DNA from: an uncultured Nitrospiraceae bacterium | GTDB taxonomy: Bacteria > Nitrospirota > Nitrospiria > Nitrospirales > Nitrospiraceae | NCBI GenBank assembly: GCA_963795615.1 | Contig: CAWCIJ010000014.1 | Coordinates: 264,275-328,274 of the forward strand | DNA length: 64,000 bases | Direction of reading: 5' to 3' | Shown: piece by piece, positions 16,739-26,439 of the stretch | How positions within the stretch are numbered: position 1 is the first letter of the stretch | Layout of the letters: each line of letters begins with the position of its first letter | Made by a program: the position numbers and the translations under genes | The notes under the pieces: generated by a model | What the model saw: only the letters and a program-made list of their open reading frames with translations | Database searches by the model: none | What the model was told of the DNA's origin: nothing

Positions 16739-19489
16739 TTGCTAGGGAGATCCAGATTGGCTACGCCCATTCTCATCATCGACGACGATCCGGACATTCG
16801 TGAGTCGCTCGGCGATATGTTGGTTCACGAAGGGTATCAGGTCCAGAGCGTACCCGACGGCACCGAAGCGCTGCAGTGCGTGAAACGCGAACGGTATAGC
16901 GCCGCCCTCCTGGATGTTCAACTGCCTGATCTCAACGGCCTGTCCCTGATGAAGGTCATGATGGAATTAGACCCTGGTTTGCCCATTATCGTCCTGACGG
17001 GTCATGCCAGCCAGGAGAACACCGTCGGGTCCCTCGTCAAGGGAGCCTTCGCCTACCTGACCAAGCCGTACAATACCCAGGAATTGAAAGCCGTGCTTCG
17101 CCGTGCCGTCAGCGTCAAGGGTCTGGTCATCCGCGCCGAGCACGTCGAACAGGCCTTGCTCGCGAGCGAACAGCGGTTTCGCACGCTGGTCGAATCCGCG
17201 ATGGATGCCATCGTGTTGGCGGACCAGAACGGACATATCATCTGGTGGAATCCGGCGGCGGAGCGATTGTTTGCCTACCCGAAGTACGAGGCGTTGGGGC
17301 AGTCGTTCAGCATGTTGTTGCCGGAGCGATTTCGACGGACCCACGAAGCGAGCGTCGCACGCTTGGCGCTCGACGGCCAGACTCCCACAGCCGGCACGAC
17401 CGTCGAATCGGTGGGATTGACGAGGCACGGAACCGAGTTCCCGCTCGAACTGTCTTTAGCCTGCTGGACCACCAAGGAAGGAACCTTCTTCAGCGGGATC
17501 ATTCGCGACATCACGGCGCGGAAGCAGGCCGAACAGGAGGTGGCACGGCTCAGCCATCACAATCGTCTGATCTTGACAAGCGCCGGCGAAGGCATCTTCG
17601 GGTTGGACCCCGACGGTCGTGTGACCTTCGTCAATCCCAGGGCGGCGGGCATGCTCGGCTGGGAAGATCGAGACCTGATCGGCCGGCCGATGCATACGAT
17701 GCTGTATGGCGCGGCCACGGACGAAGCCGTGCCTACCAGGGAAACCACCCTCCTGTACTCGGCGATCAGGGATGGAGCCACCCATCGGATTCAGAATGAA
17801 ATGTTTTCGCGCAAGGATGGGACCACCTTCCCTGTGGAATACGTGACCAGCGCGATCCGTGAAGACGACACACTCGTAGGCGCCGTGGTGGTCTTCAAGG
17901 ATATTTCGGAACGACGACGCATGGACAGCCTTCAGCAGGCGCAATTGGCCGTCAGTCACATTCTGACCGAATCACGCACCATGCATGACGCCGCCCCCCA
18001 TCTTCTCAAAGCCACATGCGAACTGTGGCAATGGGATCTGGCGATCTACTGGCAAGTCGACGAGCTGAGCGAGGTTCTCCGCTGTGAGGCGGCCTGGTAT
18101 AAACCCTGGGCGCCGGAAGAAGAGTTTCTTGCGATCTGCCGGAGTGCCACCTTTCCACTGGGTATCGATCTCCCGGGTCGTACGTGGGCGACGCGAGAAC
18201 CGGTTTGGATATGGGATGCGCCCGGGGACCCCGGATTCACCAGGAGCCCCACGGCCGCCCGACTCGGACTCCATAGCGCCACTGCCTTTCCGATTCGAAG
18301 CGGAGAACATATCCATGGCGTCATCGAACTGCTCAGCCGCAACAAGCGCAGGCCGGATAGCCGACTCGTTCACACGTTGACCGACATCGGGATGAAAATC
18401 GGACAGTTTATCGATCGGGACACCGCAGACCGGTCGTTGCGTCTCGCGCATGAGGAAACCGGGCGCATACTGGCCAGCCTGCCGGGCGCTATTCTGCTCT
18501 GCGGACCGCAGTATGTCGTGCAATATGAGAACGAGCTCGCTCATGCCTTCCTGAGTACGGATGGACAGACGTCCATCGGAAAGTCTCTCTTCGACTGTCT
18601 GCCCGTCACTGATCCGGTCAGACATCGACTCATGCGCGAATTCAACGACGTGCAAACCTCCGGCAAGAACCGCTCGCTGGATCAGGAATTCGAAGATGGG
18701 AAACGCGTCTTTCGCTACCGATTCTTTCCGGTGTCCGTGCAGCACGATCCCCGGTTCCGGGTCGGCATGGTGCTGTGGGAGATCACGGAGGAGAAACACC
18801 TTCAAGATCAGTTGATTCAAACGGAGAAACTGGCGAGCCTCGGCACGATGGTGTCCGGCATGGCACATGAGATCAACAATCCCGCGCAGGCCATTCTGAG
18901 CATGGCCGAGCTTATTCAGGAGGAGGAGAATCCCGATCAGATCCGTGAGTTTGCGGCCGATATCGTAGAGTATGCCCGCCACGTATCCGTTGTCGTGCGC
19001 GATTTCGCCAGCTATGCCCGTTCTGCCGGACGGGACGGCCAATCCGACATCGATGTGACGGAACGCTTGATGGAAGCGGTCAAGATGGTCCGTCGCGGAC
19101 CGCATTTCGGCTATGTCGAGGTCACCACTGATTTCATCGGTCCGACGATCATTCGAGCTCGCAAAGCGGAGATGGATCAGGTCTTCGTGAACCTCATCAG
19201 CAATGCCGTTCACGCGATGCACGGCAAAGGCCGTCTCATCCTGTCCACCCGCTGTGAAGAGGACTATCTGGTGATCACGGTTCGTGACACCGGATGCGGT
19301 ATTCCCAAGACGATCCTCGGTAGAATTTTTGATCCTTTTTTCACCACCAAAGATCCGGGAAAAGGGACGGGCCTCGGATTGAGTATTGTCTATAGAATCG
19401 TGACGAAATACGGGGGAACGATCTGGGCCGAGAGCGAGGAAGGACAGGGAACTGCCTTTCACATCCGCTTTCCCCTGGCATCGCTTTAG
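16739..19489 (+). CDS. hybrid sensor protein: REC-PAS-PAS-GAF-PAS-HisKA-HATPase
   Basis: 916 aa. REC motifs are [21 protein letters not shown] and LTKPY. The first 395 aa or so are clearly paralogous to the first 395 aa of the 5787 protein. The H-box is [12 protein letters not shown], with HATPase boxes [17 protein letters not shown] and GLGLSI. The start may be TTG 16757, preceded by GGGAG. Confidence 0.9.
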   Translation: MLGRSRLATPILIIDDDPDIRESLGDMLVHEGYQVQSVPDGTEALQCVKRERYSAALLDVQLPDLNGLSLMKVMMELDPGLPIIVLTGHASQENTVGSLVKGAFAYLTKPYNTQELKAVLRRAVSVKGLVIRAEHVEQALLASEQRFRTLVESAMDAIVLADQNGHIIWWNPAAERLFAYPKYEALGQSFSMLLPERFRRTHEASVARLALDGQTPTAGTTVESVGLTRHGTEFPLELSLACWTTKEGTFFSGIIRDITARKQAEQEVARLSHHNRLILTSAGEGIFGLDPDGRVTFVNPRAAGMLGWEDRDLIGRPMHTMLYGAATDEAVPTRETTLLYSAIRDGATHRIQNEMFSRKDGTTFPVEYVTSAIREDDTLVGAVVVFKDISERRRMDSLQQAQLAVSHILTESRTMHDAAPHLLKATCELWQWDLAIYWQVDELSEVLRCEAAWYKPWAPEEEFLAICRSATFPLGIDLPGRTWATREPVWIWDAPGDPGFTRSPTAARLGLHSATAFPIRSGEHIHGVIELLSRNKRRPDSRLVHTLTDIGMKIGQFIDRDTADRSLRLAHEETGRILASLPGAILLCGPQYVVQYENELAHAFLSTDGQTSIGKSLFDCLPVTDPVRHRLMREFNDVQTSGKNRSLDQEFEDGKRVFRYRFFPVSVQHDPRFRVGMVLWEITEEKHLQDQLIQTEKLASLGTMVSGMAHEINNPAQAILSMAELIQEEENPDQIREFAADIVEYARHVSVVVRDFASYARSAGRDGQSDIDVTERLMEAVKMVRRGPHFGYVEVTTDFIGPTIIRARKAEMDQVFVNLISNAVHAMHGKGRLILSTRCEEDYLVITVRDTGCGIPKTILGRIFDPFFTTKDPGKGTGLGLSIVYRIVTKYGGTIWAESEEGQGTAFHIRFPLASL

Positions 19490-19504
19490 CGAAGGAGGAC
19501 ACCC

Positions 19505-19942
19505 ATGATACCTGAGGCTCGTTATCCAGCCATGAAGAACCATGGCCGGGTTTTGATCGTCGATGACGAACCGTCGATTCGTAAAACCCTCAGCATTTGC
19601 CTTTCGCAAGCCGGCTACCACGTGATTGAAGCCGGCGACGGCCAGGAAGCCATCACGGCGCTGGACAACGGCGACAACGCGCTCATGGTTGACGCGATTA
19701 TCTGCGATATCCGGATGCCGAGGATCGACGGGACCGATGCGATCCGACACTTCCGGGCACAGTATCCTTCCATCCCGATCATCGTCTTGACCGGATTTCC
19801 GGATGTCGAGCTGGCGATTGCGATGATGAAGGTGGGCGTGAAGGACTACTTGCTGAAACCGGTGATGAAGGAGAACCTCTTGAGTACCCTCAAGAGCGCC
19901 GTGGAGAATCACGTGCTGTTCAAGGACAATTTCGTGGCGTGA
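19505..19942 (+). CDS. single-domain response regulator (CheY-like)
   Basis: VLIVDDEPSIRKTL..., ICDIRMPRIDG and LLKPV receiver motifs, with no output domain. ATG 19532 is an alternative start. Confidence 0.85.
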   Translation: MIPEARYPAMKNHGRVLIVDDEPSIRKTLSICLSQAGYHVIEAGDGQEAITALDNGDNALMVDAIICDIRMPRIDGTDAIRHFRAQYPSIPIIVLTGFPDVELAIAMMKVGVKDYLLKPVMKENLLSTLKSAVENHVLFKDNFVA

Positions 19943-19953
19943 CCGACCGCACC

Positions 19954-20721
19954 TCAGGATCCGCTCTTCGGCGTCGGGACGTGTGCGCGCTTGAAGACCC
20001 CGCGTAGTCCGAAATAGGCAAATGAGTCTTTCAGATTCGAATAGATGCGCTTGAAACGTCCCATCTCCTGATTCGTGACGTACTCCATGGTGAGGGCAAT
20101 TCGCTCTTCCTGCTCGCCCAAGGGAGAGACGGCATGCCAGAGCTTGTCGCCGTTGAAGATGACCATGTCGCCGGGCGCCGTGGCCAGTTCGAGATGAACC
20201 GGCTGCTTGCCCGGCACATCCTTGAAAAGATCGCACACCAATCGACAATGCCGTGACCGGTCGAGCAGCCCCATGAGTATCGTGTAGCGGGCGCCTTTGT
20301 AGTACGACGTGTCGTAATGATAGCCGATATGGTCTCCCGGCTCCGTGTAGTAGTACAAGGCGCAGGAATGGGGATCATTGTCAGGGCACAAGAGGAGTTG
20401 GACATTGGTGAGACGATTGAGAAAGTTTCGAAAGGACGACGATCGATAGAGATCCATGAACTGAGGCGCCTTTTCCAGCACCGTGTAATAGCTGACACTG
20501 CCCCCCTTCTTGTGACCGGGAATGTAATTCCGGTTCAGATCGGCTTTCAGGGTCAGCGCCCGCGAGACGAAGGCCGTCTCCACGAGATCGCGGGGAAGAA
20601 ATTCCTTGATGTAAAGAAATTCGTTCTGGTCCCAGTACTCCTTCTGAAGTCGCTCTACGTCCAGTGCCGCAATCGCCCGATCGACGGCCTCAACCACGCT
20701 GAAGGTCGATATCATCGCCAT
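19954..20721 (-). CDS. 2OG-Fe(II) oxygenase superfamily protein (putative)
   Basis: HxD motif in IGYHYDTSYY and a distal His in DKLWHAVSP. The start is set at ATG 20721 (MAMISTF...) because the 45 upstream codons of the ORF track are encoded by a family-C/D repeat. Confidence 0.6.
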   Translation of the reverse strand: MAMISTFSVVEAVDRAIAALDVERLQKEYWDQNEFLYIKEFLPRDLVETAFVSRALTLKADLNRNYIPGHKKGGSVSYYTVLEKAPQFMDLYRSSSFRNFLNRLTNVQLLLCPDNDPHSCALYYYTEPGDHIGYHYDTSYYKGARYTILMGLLDRSRHCRLVCDLFKDVPGKQPVHLELATAPGDMVIFNGDKLWHAVSPLGEQEERIALTMEYVTNQEMGRFKRIYSNLKDSFAYFGLRGVFKRAHVPTPKSGS

Positions 20722-20760
20722 ACCCGATTCCTCTCCAGGCAGTACTGCTTGAATACTAAC

Positions 20761-20864
20761 ACGAAGCGTATCTCGTCGCTCGTCCGTGAAGAAATTTATG
20801 ATTTGTTGATCTGTTGATTTGTTGAACGTCAGAAATTCATCAGATCGGCACATCAACAGATCAT
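20761..20864 (-). repeat. family-C/D composite repeat (long AT-rich palindrome plus CGTATCTCGTCGCTCGT module)
   Basis: The arm ATGATTTGTTGATCTGTTGATTTGTTGAA (20798-20826) and the arm TTCATCAGATCGGCACATCAACAGATCAT (20836-20864) form an imperfect 29-nt palindrome. This is the reverse complement of the copies at 28286-28352 and 34691-34757. Confidence 0.85.
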
Positions 20865-20992
20865 CAAATGTCCTTTCAACGCTTCACGCTTTCCATCTCA
20901 CCCGCCCGCCCCGCGCATCTTTCTCACCCGCCACATCCCCCGGTTGCCTCGCAACCGATTGCCCGAGACGTGCGCCTTCCCCGGGTCACGCT

Positions 20993-21745
20993 TCACGGCG
21001 GGCTCACCACCGGCGCCTTGACGACTTCCACATCCGCCGGAACCTGGAAGTCGAACATGTCATCCTTCAAGCCGGTGTTCGGCTTCAACTCTCCGAACTC
21101 GAACGTGGCGACATTCCCGCTGACCTCGTGCAATGAGATGATCTTCAAAAAGAAGGTCTTCGGCTGCACCTCGATGACGAGTCGCTGAATGGCGCGATCC
21201 GGTTCATGCCGTCCCTGCTTCGGCAACAGCGTAATTCGCCGAATGCCACCGGCCCCGCGTTCCTGCCCCGTGGGCTCGACGTCGAATTCTTCTTCGATCT
21301 TTGCCACCCCCTGAAGGAGTTGCAATGGGGCTTGCGATGCCGCCATCTGCGTCAACTTTCCAACCAGGACTTGCTTATGCTCGGGCACATACATTCTCAC
21401 ATCGTCTTTGTTGACATAAATTTCCTGCGGGGACGGCTCGACATAATCCCACCGCAAGCGACCGGGCTTTTTGATATAGACCCGCCCTGACGACACCACG
21501 GGCGTCGTGAATCCCTCGATTTTCGTTTTCTGGGTAAAGTCTGCCTGTAAGTCTTTGGTCTTTTCGTACCGAGCCTGGATTTTTTTGACGATCTCATGCA
21601 CCTCCTGAAGGGTCTTTTGGTCCCGCTCTTCTTGCGCCGACGCAATCCCGTGCGGCGTCATGAGACCGCACAGAGCGAGCAGTCCTGCACTGACGGCTAC
21701 GGCGGAGAACCGGGTGCATCCTGCTCTCCCAAAGTCTCTTCCCAT
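20993..21745 (-). CDS. lolA: outer-membrane lipoprotein carrier protein LolA
   Basis: Signal peptide, then ...DLQADFTQKTKIEGFTTPVVSSGRVYIKKPGRLRWDY..., typical of LolA. It lies downstream of ftsK, a common arrangement. Confidence 0.8.
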   Translation of the reverse strand: MGRDFGRAGCTRFSAVAVSAGLLALCGLMTPHGIASAQEERDQKTLQEVHEIVKKIQARYEKTKDLQADFTQKTKIEGFTTPVVSSGRVYIKKPGRLRWDYVEPSPQEIYVNKDDVRMYVPEHKQVLVGKLTQMAASQAPLQLLQGVAKIEEEFDVEPTGQERGAGGIRRITLLPKQGRHEPDRAIQRLVIEVQPKTFFLKIISLHEVSGNVATFEFGELKPNTGLKDDMFDFQVPADVEVVKAPVVSPP

Positions 21746-24228
21746 TAGCTTTGCTCCTCTCCCACCGGTCCCCGACGCCCAAGCACTTCCCGCCGGCCAT
21801 CACGGCCCGCTGCCCCCACGATTCCCTCGGCCTCCATTTGTTCGATCATCCTGGCCGCGCGCGGATATCCCACTCGCAACCGGCGCTGAATGAGCGATGC
21901 GGAGGCCTGCCCCGTGGAGATCACGAGGTCTTTGGCCTGCTCATACACCTCGTCGCGAGCCTGTTCTTCTTCCGCCTCTTCCTGTTTGAGCGATTGTAGC
22001 TCCTGAGAATAGGACGGTGACGATTGTTTCTTCACCGCTTCGACCACGCGCCGGACATCATCGTCCGACACGAACGATCCGTGCAACCGCACCAAACGGC
22101 CCGTGCCGGATGCGAGATACAACATGTCCCCGCGGCCGAGCAGCGCCTCCGCTCCATTGGCATCGAGAATCGTGCGTGAATCCGTCTTCGACGAGACCTG
22201 AAACGCGATCCGCGCCGGGAAATTGGCTTTAATGAGACCCGTCAACACATCGACGGATGGCCGTTGTGTTGCGAGAATCAAATGGATGCCCGACGCCCTG
22301 GCCATTTGTGCAAGCCGCGCAATTTTGTCTTCGACATCTTTCGGCGCGACCATCATCAGATCGGCCAACTCGTCGATCATGACGACGATGTACGGTAACG
22401 GCTCAGGCGGAGTCGGCGGCGCGGATGGCCCCGGCAGACTCGCGGCGCCGCCCTCGATCGTTTCCCCTGCCGACAAACGTTCCTCCTCGGACAGAAATTG
22501 AATCGGCAATTCCGGCTGTTGCGGTCTCTCGTCTTTCGACGGGTCACCGAGGACTCCTTGCGAGTGGGCGACTTTTCGATTGTACGCATCGATATTCCGC
22601 ACGCCCGCCTCGGCGAGCAGCTTGTACCGGCGCTCCATTTCCTGAACCACCCATCCCAAACCACGCGCGGCCGATTTCGGGTCGGTAATGACGGGACGGA
22701 GGAGATGGGGAATTCCCTCGTACGACTGGAACTCCAGCATCTTCGGATCGATGAGCAGGAGTTTGACTTCATCCGGCCTGGCGTTGAAGAGCAGACTGAG
22801 CAGCATAGTATTGAGGCTGACACTTTTCCCGGCGCCGGTCGCACCGGCCACCAGCAAATGGGGCATGGTCTTGAGATCCGTACTCACCGGCGCTCCGAAA
22901 ATGTCCTTTCCCAACCCCAACGTCAGTTTCGACCGGGCCCGAACAAATACGTCGCTCGTCACGATTTCCTTGAACGAGACGGTCTCCCGATAGGGGTTCG
23001 GCACTTCGATCCCGACCACAGACTTACCGGGCAGCGGCGCGACGATTCGCAGACTGATGGCTTTGAGCGCGAGGGCCAGATCATCTGCAAGATTGACGAT
23101 ACGGGCGACTTTGGTGCCTGGCGCAGGCTCATATTCATACATGGTGACGACCGGGCCCGGACGCACCTCCGTAACCCTTCCGTCGATCGCAAAACTTTTC
23201 AAGGCCTTCGTAAGGATCTCAGACTGCGCCTTCAACTCCTCCTCCGTGAGACGAGACAGCGGCCCGGACGGATCATCCAGGAGTTCGCTCGGGTCCGGCA
23301 GAACATAGCCCGTCGGCGCCACCGGCCGTGCCGTCACCACTTCCGATTCCGGTGGCTCGACCGTTGAAATGGGACGCCTCTCCACCCTGATCGACGGCTG
23401 GATTCTGGGGAGATCAGGGGCTGGCTCTATGGATTCCTGTTCCACTCCCTCTGCCGGTTCCTCTCCTATGCCAGGCAATTCGATACCAGGTTGAGCGAGA
23501 GTCTGAGAGCGGGTGGCCTTTGCCGGCTTTGTCTTGGTTCGTTTGGGATTGGACGGATCGGAGGCAGGCCATGCCGGCATGAGCGCCTTCAGCCGTTCTC
23601 GCATTGCCTCCGACCATTCAGGGAATCGCTGCATCAGGACACCAAGGGAGACCGGCAGGGTGAAGAGCAATGCTACCATCAATCCCGCAAGAACAATAAT
23701 GTGCGCCCCCGTGTTCGCAAAGTAGGCGCGCAAACTCTCAGACAGGAATTGACCGATCACGCCTCCCGCCACCCCGCGATTCACCATCCCGCTCGAAATC
23801 GTCGGCACCGCCGTGACTTCGAGATGAAGGAGCCCACTCAAGAATACGACTGCCGCCAGGGAACTCCCGGCATTGCGCAATCGCACCGTCAGCGGGGTGT
23901 GCGTGAAACATCGGACGCCCAGGAGGCCGAGCAGCACCGGGAATAAGTAGGCAGCCCCCCCTATGAGAAAGAAAAAGCCCGCCGCAAATAAGGCGCCCAC
24001 GGATCCGATCATATTTTTGGCGGGGACGGCGACAGTGGGACCGGAGGTCGTCAGAGATTTCGCATCCCCGGGAACGAAGGACACGAGGCTCAGGAGAATC
24101 AATAAGCTGGCCGTGATCAGGAGGACCCCGATCACCTCACGTCGCACATGGGAAGGTCGAGAAGGAGCACTCCGGGCGTCACCCCGCTTCGCCGTGGTGG
24201 TTACACCCATATCTACGCATGCTAGCAC
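21745..24228 (-). CDS. ftsK: DNA translocase FtsK
   Basis: 827 aa. There are N-terminal TM helices, a Pro-rich linker, the Walker A motif VAGATGAGKS, ...IVVMIDELADLMM... and a C-terminal gamma domain (LYEQAKDLV...ASASLIQRRLRVGYPRAARMIEQME). Confidence 0.95.
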   Translation of the reverse strand: MLACVDMGVTTTAKRGDARSAPSRPSHVRREVIGVLLITASLLILLSLVSFVPGDAKSLTTSGPTVAVPAKNMIGSVGALFAAGFFFLIGGAAYLFPVLLGLLGVRCFTHTPLTVRLRNAGSSLAAVVFLSGLLHLEVTAVPTISSGMVNRGVAGGVIGQFLSESLRAYFANTGAHIIVLAGLMVALLFTLPVSLGVLMQRFPEWSEAMRERLKALMPAWPASDPSNPKRTKTKPAKATRSQTLAQPGIELPGIGEEPAEGVEQESIEPAPDLPRIQPSIRVERRPISTVEPPESEVVTARPVAPTGYVLPDPSELLDDPSGPLSRLTEEELKAQSEILTKALKSFAIDGRVTEVRPGPVVTMYEYEPAPGTKVARIVNLADDLALALKAISLRIVAPLPGKSVVGIEVPNPYRETVSFKEIVTSDVFVRARSKLTLGLGKDIFGAPVSTDLKTMPHLLVAGATGAGKSVSLNTMLLSLLFNARPDEVKLLLIDPKMLEFQSYEGIPHLLRPVITDPKSAARGLGWVVQEMERRYKLLAEAGVRNIDAYNRKVAHSQGVLGDPSKDERPQQPELPIQFLSEEERLSAGETIEGGAASLPGPSAPPTPPEPLPYIVVMIDELADLMMVAPKDVEDKIARLAQMARASGIHLILATQRPSVDVLTGLIKANFPARIAFQVSSKTDSRTILDANGAEALLGRGDMLYLASGTGRLVRLHGSFVSDDDVRRVVEAVKKQSSPSYSQELQSLKQEEAEEEQARDEVYEQAKDLVISTGQASASLIQRRLRVGYPRAARMIEQMEAEGIVGAAGRDGRREVLGRRGPVGEEQS

Positions 24229-24464
24229 AGGAAAACGGTCATTTCAAACGCTACGCTGCCCGCGAGGAATTCTGAATTCGGGCGTGAAGTATATCTTCAA
24301 CTCAGAATTCAGAACTCAGAATGGCGCGCGTCAGTTTTGTACAGCGCTGCGGCTGACGAAGGAGAACCGGCGATCGGTGCGAGGAATAACGAGCACCACG
24401 CTTGTGCGCGCCAGCGAGATGGTGAGCTGGCAGGAACGGGTAGCTTCGGTGGCGGATTTCGTCT

Positions 24465-24685
24465 GGCATCAGCGTCGTGCTTCGTTCCCGCGCAGTCTCG
24501 CCTGACTGCTGTAGCTTGCAGCAATCCAGCTGCGGCTCCCCCTATCCCCCACATCGGAATGTGGAGGTTTCCGATCAGCCGATGTTCGAAAATGACAGCC
24601 ATCGGCTGTCGGGCCTCGCTCGGATTCCTGCCTTGCACATCAGCGTGGCTCGCCCGCAAGGTCACTATCGCACGACGCTGATGCC
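24465..24685. repeat. 221-bp hairpin-rich unit bounded by a perfect 16-bp terminal inverted repeat (GGCATCAGCGTCGTGC / GCACGACGCTGATGCC)
   Basis: The TIRs are at 24465-24480 and 24670-24685. Internal hairpins include CCACAT-CGGA-ATGTGG and CAGCCGATG-N15-CATCGGCTG. A diverged inverted copy lies at about 25241-25434. Confidence 0.8.
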
Positions 24686-25240
24686 GGATCCTGCGCATAT
24701 GGAGACTTGGCTCTGATCTCATCGGAGCATTGCATCATTGAGCTCTTCAATCACCTCCAGGAAAAACCATGAAACATGGAGGGAACCTGACAAAACCGAT
24801 TTGCAGTTTAGCCAGAAAACGATTGGGGGGTCAGAACTAACTAACTTTTGAAGGCCGATTCTTTGTCCAAGTCCTTATGCCTCTGATCAATTACATTATG
24901 GAATACCATTCCCTCCAATAGGCCAAACTGTTCGATAAATGTCTTGACCTGCTGCTTGTCTCCGTAATCGCTAAGGCAGTCGCGGCGGAATACACTTCCA
25001 GGATTGGGTTGTTCTTCCTAATTAATGAGGTGATTGCACGAGGCGGGTCTCCATCTCAGAAAGTCTTTTAAATGCTACGACCAGAACGCCGACTGACCAT
25101 CAAGCACCACCATTCTTGGCTTGGCTGGAAGGGATGCGTGCAGAGGTATTGGCCGTGGCGCCACTGACGCGGAAACAGCTGAGGCCGATAGCGGCCCCGT
25201 TCTGATAATCCGTGAGGCACCGCGAGGTTATTGTTGTTGT

Positions 25241-25543
25241 CACATCGGCGATCGGTGTTCTGAGCGCCTTTGCGGCCGAGACGTGCTGATGTGTCGAGCG
25301 AAAGACCGAGGGAGGCCCGACTGCCGAAGGCAGATCGGAACCCCCCATTCTCTGGAATGGGGGTTGGGGGGCGCCGCAGCCGGTCTTTCGCTCACTACAG
25401 CAGCTAGTCGAGGCTGCGTAGCGCGAAGGCACCGATCCCCGATTCTCCTTCGTCAGTCAAGGTGGACGGGAGCCGCAGCCGGATTTCTTCAAGCTACAGC
25501 AGCTCGGCGAGCCAGCGCAGGAACGAAGCGGGACGCTGATGCC
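25241..25543. repeat. inverted, diverged copy of the 24465-24685 unit plus a partial extra copy (25468-25543)
   Basis: The reverse complement aligns module by module with the left unit (GGCTGCGGC..CCCC, TCCGATC, GTCGGGCCTC.CTCGG, CACATCAGC). The hairpins sit at the same positions but have different stem sequences. Confidence 0.7.
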
Positions 25544-25562
25544 TGTCACATTCCTGGCAGAA

Positions 25563-26426
25563 TTAGGCGTTTCCTCCGTCGTCGAAGGCTGCGGTCAGCT
25601 TGAGATAGTCTTCCACCGACAGGTTTTCAGCACGGCGGTTCGGCGGGATGCCGCATCGGGCGAGCGCGGCCGAGACGTGCTCTCCCTCATAGCCTTCATC
25701 ACGCAGAGAGTTCAACAGGGTTTTTCTCCGGTGGGCGAAGCACGCACGGACCAGCTTCACAAAGTGGGGCTCCCTTTGACGATCCAGCGACCGTTCACGT
25801 TTGATTCGCAGGTGGAGAACTGCTGATCCGACGGTCGGTCGCGGGCGGAAACACTCCGGAGAAACACGGAATGACAGCGTGACATCGGCCCCATACTGGG
25901 TCAGCACTGAGAGGATGCCATAGTCCTTGGTGTGGGGTTTGGCCACGAGCCTGAGCGCGACCTCCGTCTGCAGCATCAGCACCATACGATCGATGCGGGA
26001 ATATGATTCCAGCAACTTGAACAGCAACGGCGTGGACACGTAGTAAGGCAGATTGGCGACGACGACCGTGCCACAAGGAAGGGTTTCGTAGCTGAACTCC
26101 AACGCGTCGCCGATTCTCAGATCGAGATTGGAGCATTGTGCGGCCAAGGGCGGAACATCCGATTCCATGACCTTCCCGGACCACGATGCATTCTCAGCCG
26201 GCGAGCGCCCCAGGAGGCGCGCGAGTTGGCGATCAATTTCAATCGCGATGACCGTGCGGGCTTCGGCACAGAGCCCTCGCGTCAGAATTCCCCGCCCCGG
26301 TCCGATCTCCAATACTGTCTCATGGGGTTGAATGGTCGCGAGACCGATAATCTTCCTCGCGATGTTGTGATCGATGAGAAAATTTTGCCCGAATCTTTTT
26401 AGTGCGGGCGGATGAGAGGAGCCCAT
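25563..26426 (-). CDS. rsmA: 16S rRNA (adenine1518/1519-N6)-dimethyltransferase RsmA/KsgA
   Basis: KRFGQNFLID, LEIGPGRGILT and NLPYYVSTPLLFKL motifs. Confidence 0.9.
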   Translation of the reverse strand: MGSSHPPALKRFGQNFLIDHNIARKIIGLATIQPHETVLEIGPGRGILTRGLCAEARTVIAIEIDRQLARLLGRSPAENASWSGKVMESDVPPLAAQCSNLDLRIGDALEFSYETLPCGTVVVANLPYYVSTPLLFKLLESYSRIDRMVLMLQTEVALRLVAKPHTKDYGILSVLTQYGADVTLSFRVSPECFRPRPTVGSAVLHLRIKRERSLDRQREPHFVKLVRACFAHRRKTLLNSLRDEGYEGEHVSAALARCGIPPNRRAENLSVEDYLKLTAAFDDGGNA

Positions 26427-26439
26427 AAGCAGGAGGTCC

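Noticed and set aside
19476-19490. Weak sigma54-like element tGGcatcgctttaGCg upstream of the single-domain response regulator
   Set aside because: The GG/GC spacing is right, but the flanking consensus bases are poor. It lies inside the 3' end of the preceding CDS only 15 nt from the next start, so co-transcription is more likely.
17972-20248. 758-aa ORF on the minus strand
   Set aside because: It is entirely antisense to the well-supported hybrid kinase and response-regulator genes. Its composition is Arg/Gly/His/Ala-rich with no recognisable motif. This is the typical long antisense open frame of GC-rich DNA.
20722-20856. N-terminal extensions given by the ORF track for several genes (also 28259-28324, 33706-33963, 52245-52346, 5339-5590, 47670-47756)
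   Set aside because: The extensions are encoded by repeats (for example MMCRSDEFLTFNKSTDQQIINFFT). Internal ATGs give sensible N-termini, signal peptides or ATGA couplings, so the starts were moved inward.
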